Positions 27,384 to 40,635 of a DNA stretch of 64,000 nt are shown piece after piece. The position numbers and the translations under genes are program-made. The notes below the pieces were generated by a model, which made no database searches, was not told the origin of the DNA, and saw nothing but the letters and a program-made list of their open reading frames with translations. Location: positions 188,914,001 through 188,978,000 of the forward strand of contig OZ024743.1 of NCBI GenBank assembly GCA_964016885.1. Direction: 5' to 3'. The stretch's first letter is position 1. Every line of letters begins with the position of its first letter. Source of the DNA: Eledone cirrhosa (taxonomy: Eukaryota).

Positions 27384-27934
27384 ACAATATGTATTATGTC
27401 ATGAGTGCGGTGGGGTTGAGTGAGTAGAGAGTAGGGAGGGAGATATATTCATATATATTCAAAGAATATATATTCATATATATTTAAGAAATAAAGAAAC
27501 ATAGTTGTGTAAAGATGCACAGTTAACAGAGGTATAAGAGGAACACTTTGATGAGATTAACTTAAACAAAACAAAGAAGTGAATATTCAATAAGACAGGA
27601 ATTTAATTTCAGTAAAGTACATTGAGAAAATATATAATCCACAAGAGATATATTGCAAGGATAAAATTCAGCTTAGTTTATGTTATTGTTGCTGTTTTTG
27701 TTTAGTATTTTCCCCAAGTTACCTTTAATCATATAAACTGATTGATTAAACTGATTGAAGCCAAGAAATGTTAGTGCCTTCTAATGCACACTTCTTTTAA
27801 AAAATATGATGTGATTTGAGGATAGATTTGACTGCTGTTTCTAAGAAGATTAAATGGCTATGCAGAGGCTCTGTTGTTTGCTCAATTAGATATCAGTGAA
27901 ATAAAAAGTTATTTCTCTCTCTTTTATATATATA

Positions 27935-30400
27935 TATGTATGTTCTTCTGGTTTTATAATTTCACAAATTTTTATCAATAGAGAGAGAGTCGGTTTCTAA
28001 CATAGACACAAGACTCTCTCATTGGAATTTACACAACATCAACTAGGTAGATTATATATGCATGTCTACATGTGTAGATATGGATGTTATTGTATGTGTG
28101 GATGTGTATGTTTTGAGTTGTATGTGTGCATGTGTATATGCTTTGTATCTGTACATATGTATATGCGGTTATTAGATGCAACATTTTTGGAATGTTTTAC
28201 ATATTTTTACTGTTCCATTAATGGATTGTACTTGTAATTTCATAACTAGTTGTGTTCTTTCTGTTCCTGTGAAGCCTAGCTTTTCAAGATTTGTATTGAG
28301 GCAGTTACTAACATACCCCAGTGCTCCAATAATCACAGGTATAAATCTGAAGGTGTAATCAGGGTGGAGTATCTGCAGATTTCTCATCAGTTCTGCATAA
28401 ATATTTTCCTTTTCGCTAGTCTTCAATATTATATTGGCATCTGCTGGGCAGCTAACGTCCACTACTGTGCATGCTTTCTTTTCCCTGTCCCATATCATAA
28501 TATCTGGTCTGTTATGCCTGCATTTTATTGGGGTTTTTACTGGAACATTCCACCAGTACTCTTTCATATTATGGATGTCCTCCACATTGCTGTAGCTTTT
28601 AATGAGTTTATTATCAGGCTATCTTTTCTACGGATTGCCTTGTACAGTGTTTTGGCCACTACATCATGCCTCATAGGTAGATAGTACCACGATGACAACT
28701 TTGGACAGCTGCTGATGACATGGGTGACATCTTGGATGTTAATTCTGCAGAGTCTACACTTGTTATCACATCTAGGTCTTTTGCCTGCATCCCTATCTCT
28801 TTTGTGAATCAGGTATTTCGTGTTAATCTCCTGTTCTTGGATTGCAAAAGCGTATCCTTCAAAGTGGTCCAAGATAGACTACTTTCCTTATCTATATTAC
28901 TCTCACTCTGAAGCTTCCTGGCAACATATCCATGCATGATTTTTTGCTGATAAGCATGCAGTTTTTCATACATGGATTCACTGCGATACTGCTGAGCGAC
29001 TTCCCTGGGTGTGAGTTTTTGATTATCACACAGGGAATATCTCTGAATGAGTTCCTTCCCAACTCTCATGATCTTATCTGTTTCATGCAGATAGACTTGC
29101 TCGAGAGACAGGCTCCTACACTTCGAGGTTCGTAGATGTTGTCGGAGGGATATGATGCGACATTCAAATGTTGTCTGGACTAATGTTAGGCCTCTGCCTC
29201 CCTGCTTGTGTTTCAAGTAAAGGCAGTCTATGTCACTGTTGATGTGGAAGTTTCCGGTGTTGTTTAGTATTTTTTGAGTTCTAACATCAACTGCTTGGAT
29301 TTCGTCTATCGTTCAATTGAGTATTCCAAACATTGGTGTTAGGACAGACACAGCAAACCCATTGTGAGCCACTGTTTTCTTTAGCGCTGAGAGTTCCGAT
29401 GACCAGATCTTTCTTAATCGGGTGTAGTATTCCCTGGTTACACGTTCTTTATTACAGATATCATTATAGGATATGTTCTCGTCTAACCCCAGGTATCTGT
29501 AGCAGTCCTCATCAGATATCGGTGAAACAGTTAGGCCATTGATGACAATGTTGCTAGATTGGGTTGTAGTTTTTCCCCGCTTTATATGAGCATTTATCTT
29601 GACCAAACTCCATTCCTATATCCTTTGAGAATGTTGTAACCAGGTCAAGATTTTTCTTCATCCCATCCATGTTCTTGGCATAGAGTTTCAGATCAACCAC
29701 AAAGAAATTATGGGTTAGGTTCATATTTCTGTCCTCCTGTGAGCCAATGATGTATCCTTCACATTTTTTTTAGCAGAAAGGACAAGGGATTTAATGAGAG
29801 GATTAATAATATCGAGACTGTCTCCCTGAAATATACGCCTGCAATATTTTATTTTATCAGTGAAAATAGAGTCCTCCCTCTCTGTCTTTAACCTTAGGAT
29901 AGTAGCCCAAGAAGAAGAAAGCTTCTCTATGGCTTTGATAATGTCTGTGACTTTAGCAAGTTGGAGGGCCTCTATCGTCCAAGAGTGGGGAACAGAACCA
30001 AAAGCTTTCCTGTAGTTCAGCCAGACTGTAGCCATATTCCTCGTAAGTTGTCACACCTCCAATATCGCAGTTTTGTTGATTAGGAGTTGTTCAGCACATC
30101 CCCAAACCCCTTTCTTTCCAGCTGCTTGTTCATCTGTGATGATGATATTATTTTCACAGTGATCTTGGAGGAATAGGTTCAGGCAGGATGTATACATCTT
30201 ATACATCAGGTTCTGGCATGCAATGGGCCGGTAGTTTTTTGCCAAGTGGGTGTCTTTGTTCTTGGGGACCAGTAATGTTTGTGCTAATGTCAACCATTCT
30301 GGTATAAGTGTATCTCCCTTAAGAACTTGTTGGTAGAGGTCAGTAAGATACCTCCGATAGAATATCAGTTTTTTGTACTAGTAGCCAACAATCATGTCTC
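27935..30400 (-). mobile_element. Decayed R4/Dong-like non-LTR element (RT + CCHC + restriction-like endonuclease)
   Basis: Fragments NYRPIACQNLMYK, YRKAFGSVPHSW, IFQGDSL, YRYLG, GGRGL, CRLC..DVTHVISSC, HNRPDIMIWD..VVDVSCP..EKENIY..IPVIIGALG; many frameshifts. Confidence 0.88.
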
Positions 30401-30407
30401 TTCCTGG

Positions 30408-30413
30408 TGTGTG

Positions 30414-30479
<66 letters not shown>

Positions 30480-30506
30480 CGTGTGTGTGTGCGCATGCGT
30501 GTGTGT
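30408..30506. repeat. (GT)n/(GC)n microsatellite
   Basis: Directly visible. Confidence 0.95.
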
Positions 30507-32241
30507 GATTGGTAAGTTTGGAAGCTTTATTTTAAATAATCACTACTACTATTTCTAGCCATTGTCTTTTCCTCCTGTTCCTCCATTATCCTATTACTTA
30601 TACATATATCACTAGAAAATATATTTACATTTCTTTATCTGCTCTCTAACCATAGACATTAAAAAAGAAAATTCAGCAATGTCAATGCTAAATAGAATAT
30701 AACTGCCCTGTCCCATCTCTTAAACTTTAAGACCTCATCTCCTGGTGATATTATTTTGTCTTAATTTAGAAATGTGATGACAGTACAATTTTCTGTTTTC
30801 TTTCTTTATTTACTCTCAATGGAAATTTTTGCATCACCTTATGACAGCTATCTCATTTTAAAACAAGATATGTTTGAGAATATGTGCCATATGTTGACAG
30901 TTCTTGTGTAAGTCATTAATATGATCATATTTCATTATTTCACATAAAGCCTGTAGTTTATTTTTTTTAAGAGATAGAGAAAGAGAAAATATCTATGTAA
31001 ATTCAATTTATGTCAATAATAAAATTACTAATCAAACAAAAATATGATTTTCAAATTTTACAGTGTAATTAAAATTGAAGTTTCTTTGTGCTCCTATATC
31101 TAATCAAAGGTTGAAATGGCTGGGTTATTAAGAAAAAAAAAAAGCTGGTTGAGAAAAGTTTTGTTTGTTTTTCAAAGTAGAATTATGTCTGGTATTTCAA
31201 ATTTTTCTAGTTGTAAACTGAATGCTTGTCTGTAAGAATACATATCTAAAATTATACAAGAGATGAGAGTATAATTTGTCATGTGAAGCCATCCCCGTCC
31301 TGGATATGACACCTTGATGCAGTAGTGGGGCTTGTGAGGACTAAGGAAAACTCAAGCTATGCCAAGAGCACAGTTCTGGAAAAGCCTATGTCCTATGGGC
31401 TTTCCAGGGCTGAAGATTATACAAATGCCACAGTGGATAACATCAGATAAAGTTATGCAAGTAATATACATATGAATAAGTGTATACACATACCTTCATC
31501 ATTATCATAATAAATTAATATCTACTCTCCCTGCAGGAATTGGTTGAACAGGTTGTTATGGTCCAACACAAGATGATTTGGATAACATTCCTTGTTCATA
31601 CATTCCATATTTATGCATGGTTTCTACTGGTTGATCTCATTTGTAACATCAACCACTTTATATAGTGTATTGTATGGATTTTCTCATAGCACCAATACTA
31701 GAGATGTTATCAGATCTCCAAAAAGACCATAGCGTCCTCTCTACCATACAGTGTCTTGCTTCATTTGTCAACTACTTTCCATCATGATGCTAATACCAGA
31801 GAGGTTTCTCTAAAATTTCTCCAACATGACATTGGTTACTCAAGCAGTTCAAAGTTGAATGCTGGTAGAAGCTTCAATGAGAAATGTTATACATACTTCT
31901 ATTAGCATTCAGCCTTGAACTATTGGAGTAACATGCTAGGAAAATTCCAGATTAACAGGTTTCTGGATCAACCCTGATAAACTATTAATCTCTACTATAG
32001 TAGTGAGTACTCATTCTTGCATACATCAGGAACACCATATTATTATGCGTTGTAAGAAGCTAGTAAAAAGTCAGTGAAAGGAAGTGCATCGATCTGGAAA
32101 ACATTGCTTCAAAAAGTCTTATCTACCCCAGAATGGAAAAGTCAATATAGAAACAATGATGATGATGATGATATATATATGATATATATATATGATATAT
32201 ATATGATATATATATATGATATATATATATGATATATATAA

Positions 32242-34502
32242 TCATCATCATCATCAACGTTTAACGTCCGTGTTCCACGCTTGCATGGGTTTGGACGGGG
32301 GTTTTCCCACTTGAGGCAAGAGTGATTGTCTTGCTCGCATAGGACTATCTGGCGGGTTTTCTACAGCTGGATGCCCTTCCTAACACCAACCACATTTACA
32401 GTGTGGGGCTGGGAGGTTTTTACAGTGTTGCCTACACGACCACATTACAGCGTGGACTGTGTCTACACGATCTCATTTGTTTCGGCCTGGATGTTGTGGC
32501 ACCAACATAACTTTACATTGAAGGGGCGGTGTGGATGGGGTGGGGTGGGTGGGACGGGGGTGTATTTTGTTAGAGATGCCTGCTGGCTGTAGTAGGTTTT
32601 ACTTTGTATTTAGGTAACGCGGGTCTTCTCTGTTACTGAGTACCGCCAAAGGTCTCGGTCCAGTGACATTGTCTTGGAGAGGTGTAAGCGTGTGAGGTCA
32701 GAATTTATCAGCTCGTCCCAGGTTTTTCTGGGTCTGCCTACTCCGTAGCTACCGTCTATCTTTATTGCCCTGCACTTTGTTATACAGCTGTCGTCTTTCA
32801 TGCGCATCACGTGACCATACCAACGTAGCCTTCTCTCGAGTAAACAACATCTGATCCCTCTTATTTCTAATTTTTTCCTTAGTTCGCTTATGCTTTGCTG
32901 TTCACGTATGTTACTATAACACATCCAGCGGAGCATGCAAGCATCGTTCCTCTCTAGTCTGCGTATATCCTCTGCACACAATGCCCAGGTCTCACTGCCA
33001 TGCAACATTGCTGTCCGTATGCAGGCATCATACAACCTGCCTTTCATTCCTAGGGAGAACCCTTTAGCAGCTAATAGGAGTATAAGCTCTCTGAACTTTT
33101 TCCAACCAGTTCTGACTCTAGCTACTGTACTTTCAGAGCACCCTCCCCCACTGCTGATTTTGTCGCCCAGGTAACGGAAGCTGTCCACTATTTCTATAGA
33201 ACCCTCTGCGCAATTGAAAGAGCTAGTATTTTGTGGGCACTTGCTGCTACTTATTGCACCAGAGCACCGGCCACATGTAAAATCTATGTTCTTAGTTAGC
33301 TTACCTGTGATCCCACTACATCTTTTATGCACCCATACTTTGCATTTGGGACATAAAATGGAGTTTCTACCTACGCCTTTCCTACACACTGGGCATGGCC
33401 ATTTCCCGGAAGGGACCGGTGCCTTATTTTCTTTCCTACAAACTAGAACTTTAGTCTTAGCCAGGTTAATTTTAAGGCCTTTTGATTCTAGGCCGTGCTT
33501 CCATGTTTGGAATTTCTTCTCTAGCTCGGCAATTGATTCAGCTATGAGCGTTAGATCATCTGCGTATAGGAGTTCCCATGGGCAGCCGGTCTTGAACTCC
33601 TCTGTTATAGCCTGAAGGGCAATAATAAATAGGAGGGGGCTAAGAACAGAGCCCTGATGGACACCAACTTTTACGCTAAACTCTTCACTATATTCGTTGT
33701 TAATTCTAACCTTGCTGACTGTTTCTTTATACATGGCTTGTATAGCTCTCACAAGCCATTCGTCAACACCTAGTTTTCTAAGAGCCCACCAGATAATGGA
33801 ACGGGGGACTCTGTCGAAGGCTTTCTCCAAGTCAACAAAAGCTAAGTATAGGGGTTTACTTTTAGCCAGGTACTTCTCCTGTAGTTGTCGTACAATGAAA
33901 AGAGCGTCTGTGGTACTTTTGCCTTACACAAACCTGAACTGCATTTCATCTAGATCAATTCTCTCTCTGATTAGTTGCGCTATTACTTTTTCCGTGACCT
34001 TCATGACCTGGACGATTAATTTAATGCCTCTATAGTTATACCTATCTCGGGCATCTCCTTTACCCTTGTTAATGATGATGCTGCTATGCCAGTCCTTCGG
34101 AACAACCCCATTCTGTATGACTTGGTTTACTATCCGGGAGACCATGGTGTGTCCCACTGTTCCAGAGGCTTTCAGCATCTCAGCAACTATTTCCGAAGGC
34201 CCAGTTGCCTTAGCCACCTTCATATCTTTGATTGCCTTGCTTATTATACTACCTTCGACTAACACTGCTGGTCCCTCTACTGGGTCGATGTGGGGGAGAC
34301 TGTCTTTCTCCCATTTATTCTCCTCATTTAGAAGCCTTTCGTAGTGACTCTTCCAAGCTACCTTCTTATCAGCGTCAGTGATGGCAAGTACACCATCATC
34401 ATTAAGTACACACTTCTCCCCGACAATATCACGGTTTTCCTTGACACATTGCCTAGCAATCCTGAACACCTCACGTTTTTGGTCCTCGCGTTGTAGAACA
34501 TG
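32242..34502 (-). mobile_element. RTE LINE copy 3 (5'-truncated, premature stop)
   Basis: ORFs 32610-33830 and 33924-34500 match copy 1. Stop at about 33924 and a 6-bp deletion in IINKGKGD; 3' UTR and (GAT)n tail present. Confidence 0.95.
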
Positions 34503-34795
34503 ATATATATATATATATGATATATATATATATGATATATATACATATGATATATATACATATGATATATATACATATGATATATATACATATGATATAT
34601 ATACATATGATATATATACATATGATATATATACATATGATATATATACATATGATATATATACATATATATACATCTGATAAATATACATATGATATAT
34701 ATATATACATATGATATATATACATATGATATATATATATATATATATATATACATATGATATATATACATATGATATATATATATATATATACA
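34501..34795. repeat. 15-bp minisatellite (TGATATATATACATA)n grading into (TA)n
   Basis: Directly visible at the RTE 5' junction. Confidence 0.9.
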
Positions 34796-34799
34796 TAAT

Positions 34800-34919
34800 A
34801 TAAATAAATAAATTAACTATGGAAATATAAAAGATGCAGAAGCGAAAACCAACCAAACAGTGAGTGTGTTCTGTTATTTCTGGCAATATTATTACAACAA
34901 TATGACTCTCCCCAAATAT

Positions 34920-34925
<6 letters not shown>
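34800..34925 (+). mobile_element. Isolated 3'-terminal fragment of the Penelope-like pLTR
   Basis: CAGAAGCGAAAACCAACCAAACAGTGAGTGTGTTCTGTTAT...CTCCCCAA.TATAAC matches 14250-14340; flanked by (TA)n. Confidence 0.85.
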
Positions 34926-34951
<26 letters not shown>

Positions 34952-35205
34952 TCATCGTTTAACATCCATTTTCGACACTAGCATGGTTAGACAAGCTGAC
35001 TCATTGTGAGACAAGCCAGGATGGAGGACTGTGTTTTGCTCACACAGAACTGATTTTGGCTTGGTTTCTACAGCTGGATGATTTTGTCATGATACTTACA
35101 CAACCACTTTACAATGTGGTTAGGACACCTACATGACCACTTTACAGTGTGACATATATACACATTAAAGTTTTCACTCCAACATAGCTCTATACAAATA
35201 AGTAT

Positions 35206-35665
35206 TTGAATGTTGTATATCTAATGATATATGGTATGTTTACGAATAAACATTTGGAAAGCCTTTCAGCTTTGAAAATTGAAAAGCTGATAGCTAGTGT
35301 CGTCAAGAGGATTTCAGCAGAAGTAGTAGGGGGGATAACTGCCAACACATTTCTGGCTTGGTCGTCATTAAGACAGTGCTTCCCCCACCCTGCTCTTTAC
35401 TTGAATTTAAAATAGGCAAAAATATATAGCTTTTTTGCATATGTACATGGGCTGATTAGCTTCATTTGCATATGGTGCTGTCAAGCTGGCTCAGCCTGAA
35501 AGTAAAATTGAAGTTTTCACTCTGGCCTAAGCCAGAAATGCACTGTCAGTTATCTCTCCCTACTGTATCTGCTGAAATATGCTAGATGGCTCTAGCCATC
35601 AGCTTTCCAATATTTATAGCTAAAAGGCTTTCCAAATGTGTATCATGAGATACACAAAATTCATA
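35206..35665. repeat. Imperfect long inverted repeat (arms about 35206-35362 / 35524-35665)
   Basis: For example CATTTGGAAAGCCTTT / AAAGGCTTTCCAAATG and CATTTCTGGCTT / AAGCCAGAAATG. Confidence 0.85.
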
Positions 35666-35924
35666 TATGTATAATTACATTGTTGAAGAGCCATTATAGT
35701 TTCTAACAACCCACAAAATCTTTTATATCTTTTGTGCAGTGTCAGAAGTTTGGTCACACCACAATGACTTGGTCCCTATGCAGAATTTAGTGATGTTTCT
35801 TATTTCCTGTAGGCTAAATAGATAGATTATCTTTCTTGAGCTTATATTTCCTACTTGTTGAAGTTTCTTGTGAAGTGAAGTACTTTGCACTATGAATTTC
35901 ACTTGGCTGGAGATTTCAACATTA

Positions 35925-36930
35925 TATTTTGTATGAAATTTGTTATGAAATCATGTGTTATAATGGTAAAAGAAATCTCATGGTACTCCAAAGGTCCACA
36001 TTGCCATTAATAACACATCTCTATGATATTTCATCTGGATTATCAATATATACTTCATCACACTTTCTATGAATTTGTTAAGTGAGATTCTTTCTTGCAA
36101 TTTATTTTGATCATAATATTTCTTTTTGTTACTAAGTGTTCTATTGCTAAACAAGTGTGTACATTGCCATGATACTATGTGTATGTGTGTGTAGTTGCTC
36201 TGTCTTTATGTGTGTGCATATTTAATCATGCATGTAGTGGCTCTGTGTTTATGTGTGTGCGTGTTTAATCATGCATGTAGTTGCTGTGTGTGTATCTGTG
36301 ATGGCAAACATCTTTGTATATACAATTATCTGTGTGTGTGTCTGTGTGTATTTGCGTATATGTGATTGTGTTTGTGTGTTTACTTTCTTTATCTTTAATG
36401 TGTGCTAACCAGTTTATGTTGTTGGCCCCATTCTTAATCTTGCTTGTTGCAGTTTTTCATGTTGGCTAAATAATTAGAGACTATTTTGTGAATTCTTGAA
36501 TAAGGAAAAATAAGAAGAACAAAAGAAAACTAATCTAGCTATTTAGCCAACATGAAAAACTACAAGTAAGAAGTAATTTAGACTATATATTCTGTTTAAC
36601 CAGCATGAAAGATGAAGTGAATAAACAAACACATGCACACACACACTCAGAAACATATGCACTAGGATGCTTGCCTACACAGCAACTATAAACATATAAA
36701 CAGCTTGTAACATGACAATATGCACCCATGATTAAAAATAGAACACATATCAGCATACAACACCAAGCAAGAAAAACAATATGATCCCATTCATTTGAAA
36801 GAAAGAATCTTGGTTGACAAATTCATGGGTATGGTAAAGTAAATATTGATAATCCTGATAGAATAGAATTCTATTTAGAGGTACAATGATATTTATTTTA
36901 TTTTTTCACAACAAATCTAATACAAAAAAG
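35925..36930. repeat. Roughly 1-kb degenerate fold-back centred near 36505
   Basis: Perfect 21-bp core GTTTTTCATGTTGGCTAAATA (36452-36472) / TATTTAGCCAACATGAAAAAC (36540-36560). Outer matches include GGATTATCAATAT / ATATTGATAATCC and AGATTCTTTCTT / AAGAAAGAATCT. Confidence 0.8.
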
Positions 36931-37154
36931 AAAGAAATATATATACACGCACAAAAAAAATATTGATAGTAAAATGGAGGGATTAGTTTATATTTGATGT
37001 CAATCTGGCCTAGAGTTGGTGCTGCCTTTCTTCATTTCAGCTGTCACATCCAGGATGTTATGCTGGGTTATGGTAGGGATGCCCATGAGACTGTCTGTAT
37101 CTGCTCACAACTGCACAGACATCTAAGACCCTTGGCAAAGACATGGTACATAAT

Positions 37155-37331
37155 TGTTTCTACTTTTGGCACAAGGCCAGCAATTCACCAGTACATTACT
37201 GGTACTTTATTTTATCGACCCCATAAGGATGAAAGGCAAAGTTAACCTTGGCGGGATTTGAACTCAGAATAGCAAGGGCCGTAACTCCATGCGTCAAACA
37301 TGGCTCCCGACCCTCTACCGATACTACCAAT
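37155..37331 (-). mobile_element. SINE family A
   Basis: Matches the other family A copies. Confidence 0.9.
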
Positions 37332-37556
37332 CTGAGTGATGGCTGTAGTAGTAGGACTCTTATGACAACGATCTTATTTTATTTCTTCATTTAGCTTCAT
37401 TGACCTTACGGTATGGATTAACTTGACAAAAAAGTCCTGATTGATGGTTAAACAGTGCATTAGGTAGGTAGTGTGGAGAAGAAACTAAAATATAAAAACT
37501 TAATGTAAACAGGAAGCAGGGTGTTTGTGTCTGTGTGGGGGGGGGGGGGGGGGCAC

Positions 37557-37881
37557 GTTTTGGAATGTGTCTTGGTCAGTCAAAGACTTACTTTGGTGTA
37601 AACAGGAAGTAGGGTTTTGTGGGGTGTATCAGGCTTTGACGACTCAGTGCTAGTTTAAAGTGTCGATAAATACATTTCACCTTTTTGTCAAAGATTTAAA
37701 AAAAGGGATTGTAGATAATATTGATAGGAAGAAATAATTGTAGGGTGTAGAAAATCATCAAAATGTCTTTGCTGACATGATAAACTAGCACTGGGTCGTC
37801 CAAGCGTGGAACACCCCACAAACCCCTGCTTCATGTTTACACCAAAGCAAGTCTTTGACTGATCAATACACATTCCAAAAC
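37557..37881. repeat. Imperfect inverted repeat, arms about 120 bp (37557-37677 / 37761-37881)
   Basis: GTTTTGGAATGTGT..TCAGTCAAAGACTT..CTTTGGTGTAAACA..CAGTGCTAGTTTA mirrored on the right arm. Confidence 0.9.
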
Positions 37882-39629
37882 ACACACACACGAATCCTTA
37901 ATTGCTTGTGTGCTCACGTACATATGCACATGAATACACATCCGCATTGCTGCCCCACCAGTTACACCAAAATATACACATATGCCCACACACACACAAA
38001 AAAATAGGGCCAATGTCTATATATATAACGTCTCGGTCCGCAACAAAAATATAAATGTTGTCGCATCACTAGTCTGAGGAGAATATATTATCTTTAAACC
38101 TATTATGTTTAAAAATAAAACAAACCCTGCAAAATCATAATTTATATTTTATAATGCTTTACTATATTCTTTTTTATTCTATATTTCTTTATCAATATAA
38201 ATATTTCTATATAATAAAGTTATAACATAAGAAAATTGATACTAATTTGTAAATTTATTCTCCCCGTCAGTGACTAAATCTCTTTCATTAAAATGAATCA
38301 ACTCATTTGATTAAGTAAGGACTTTGAATACTATCCGATCAAACTGACTGAAATCGATTGATTTTTTTTCTTCTACAGCTTAACTAGGGAGAATTTATTA
38401 CAACTCATTTTCTTTCCATAGCTGCACTATTTTCATTGTTTTATTTTGTATATTTAATGATTAATTTTATTTCATTCGTGATATGTTACTTTAAACAGCT
38501 TGTATTTGTTTCATTTCATTTCTTTCTGTTTGGCCATTATTTTTTATTTAAATAGCCACTCCTTCATTAGATTTCACTTACATGATTTCATCTTTACGTC
38601 ACATTATTCATCTTAACTTTGGTTTATTCTTTTGAATTTTTTCGTAATATTGTTTGAATTCAATCACAACCATACTTTTTGACATTTACTTTCTATTAAC
38701 CCATACAAAGAAAACTTTAAATCGAATATAGATGCTTGAAATAGTTTAAATATGAAGCAGGCCAATCTACTTACACGAATTCACATCTGTGTTTTTGCGT
38801 ATATGTATTTAAGTGTGCAAATGTAAATAGTTGAAAACATAAATGTCAAGCAACCAGGAAATAGAATACAGGAAGATACTGGAAATTTAGTTAGTCACAG
38901 ATATGGATATCCTTAAAAGGCAGACAGAACAAAAATAATCTTGGAAGAATATTTATTACTTGCTTTGTCTATTATCTTTAAGATTAAAGGTTCAAGTAGT
39001 ATTTTTAGATTTTTATTATGGTATTAAGATGACGCATGCAGACAACACTAATAACAAATTTATCTTAAATAAGCTTAAGCATTTATATTGAGAGTGTGAG
39101 TTTTATTCACAAATATATGTATGGTGCTTGTTGAACACAAACACACGTTTTATACAAACATATTTTTATATTCAAACATAGGTTCACACATATATACGAA
39201 AATAATTGTTTGTTAGAGCAATAAGTACACTGAACAGAATTATCCGACTAACTTATCTTTACAATTAAAAATATCACAGCTGGAGTGAAATTGTTTCAGT
39301 GAGCAATTACTATTATTCATTAAATTTGAGTTGATAAGATAGCTATCAGTAATATATTAGCACTGTATTGAATCAACTATATACCTATCCTTCATATGTG
39401 TGAACTTGTGTTAATATAAGAAGCCCTAATTTGTCTACAATTGTTCTTATTGATGCTTATCCCCAGTTAATCCTGATCAAGCAAACTGTCTCTTTTTAGA
39501 ATTATTTTACACTGCCTTATTTAATGTATCCTTTTTTAAAGACAGTGAGTTGCATAGTTTCAGGGACATTTGGGTTTTTTTATCTTACAAATCGAATGAC
39601 CAGATAGAGAAATATTCCGGAAATAAGGT

Positions 39630-40030
39630 CAGTAAATGCAGAAGATATGAATGGGCTGGATGGAAATGAAGCAACTATGCTTCTATGGATATATGATGTT
39701 ATGCACAAATGGCAAGACATGGATGGGCTGAGAAAAGCTAGGAATAAGAGGAATCAAATGCAGTGTCCAAGAGATATTACTGCACTCGTGTGGCATGTTA
39801 TGCTTATGGATGATGGTTGTTGAGTGAAAAAGAAAAAAAGAATTTTCAATAGAAGAAAGCTAGAGTAAAGGAATGGTAAGGAGAAATTTGGCAGAAATGG
39901 TGAGAGTAGGTCTCAAAACACATGACTCGGCAGAGGAAATAAAAAGGAATGCAGTAGGTAGAAAGAGACTACGCTAGAAAATATCCTATCCAACCCATGC
40001 AAGCATGGAAAAGCAGGCATATAATGATGA
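39630..40030 (+). mobile_element. Highly decayed RTE 3' remnant
   Basis: LRKARNKRNQMQCP../GIRGIKCSVQE homology and AACCCATGCAAGCATGGAAAAG..ATGATGAT tail. Confidence 0.65.
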
Positions 40031-40044
40031 TTATTAGTAATAAT

Positions 40045-40635
40045 TGTTTCTACTTTTGGCACAAGGCCATCAATTACCCAGTACATTACTGGTACTTTAT
40101 TTTATCGACCCCGTAAGGATGAAAGGCAAAGTTAACCTCGGCGGGATTTGAACTCAGACTGCAAAGGGACGTAACTATGCTGGAAAGCATGGTGTCCGAC
40201 CCTCTACCGATACTGCCAATGGCTTCTGATATAAGCACAAGACCAGCAGTTTTGGTGGAGGAGAAAGTTGATTAAATTAACCCCAGTGCATTACTGGTAC
40301 TTTATTTTATTGACCCTGTAGGGATGAGAGGCAAAGCTAACCTTGATGGAATTTGAATTCAGAATGTAAAGGGACGTAATTATATGCTACAAAGTATGTT
40401 GTTCAACACTACTGATACTGCCAACCTACTGTCCTTTGAGTTTAGTAATAATTGTTTCTATTTTTGGCACAAGGCCAGCAATTATCCCAGTGTATTGCTG
40501 GTACTTTATTTTATCGACCCCATAAGGATGAAAAGCAAAGTTAACCTCAGTGGGATTTGAACTCAGAACATAAAGGGACGTAACTCTATGCTGTGAAGCA
40601 GGGTGTCCGACCCTCTACCGATACTGCCATCCACC
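40045..40635 (-). mobile_element. Three head-to-tail family A SINEs
   Basis: Units at about 40045-40220, 40222-40432 (older, longer subtype) and 40452-40635. Confidence 0.88.

Noticed and set aside
27316-27390. CTGAAGA followed by a long hairpin as a hammerhead
   Set aside because: No GAAA after the stem, and no stems I or III.
38068-38105. CTGAGGA...TAAACC as another hammerhead
   Set aside because: The GAAA box and stems are too degenerate to support a call.
40045-40635. Regularly repeated units resembling a CRISPR array
   Set aside because: The units are ~190-bp tRNA-derived SINEs without unique spacers; eukaryotic context and no cas genes.
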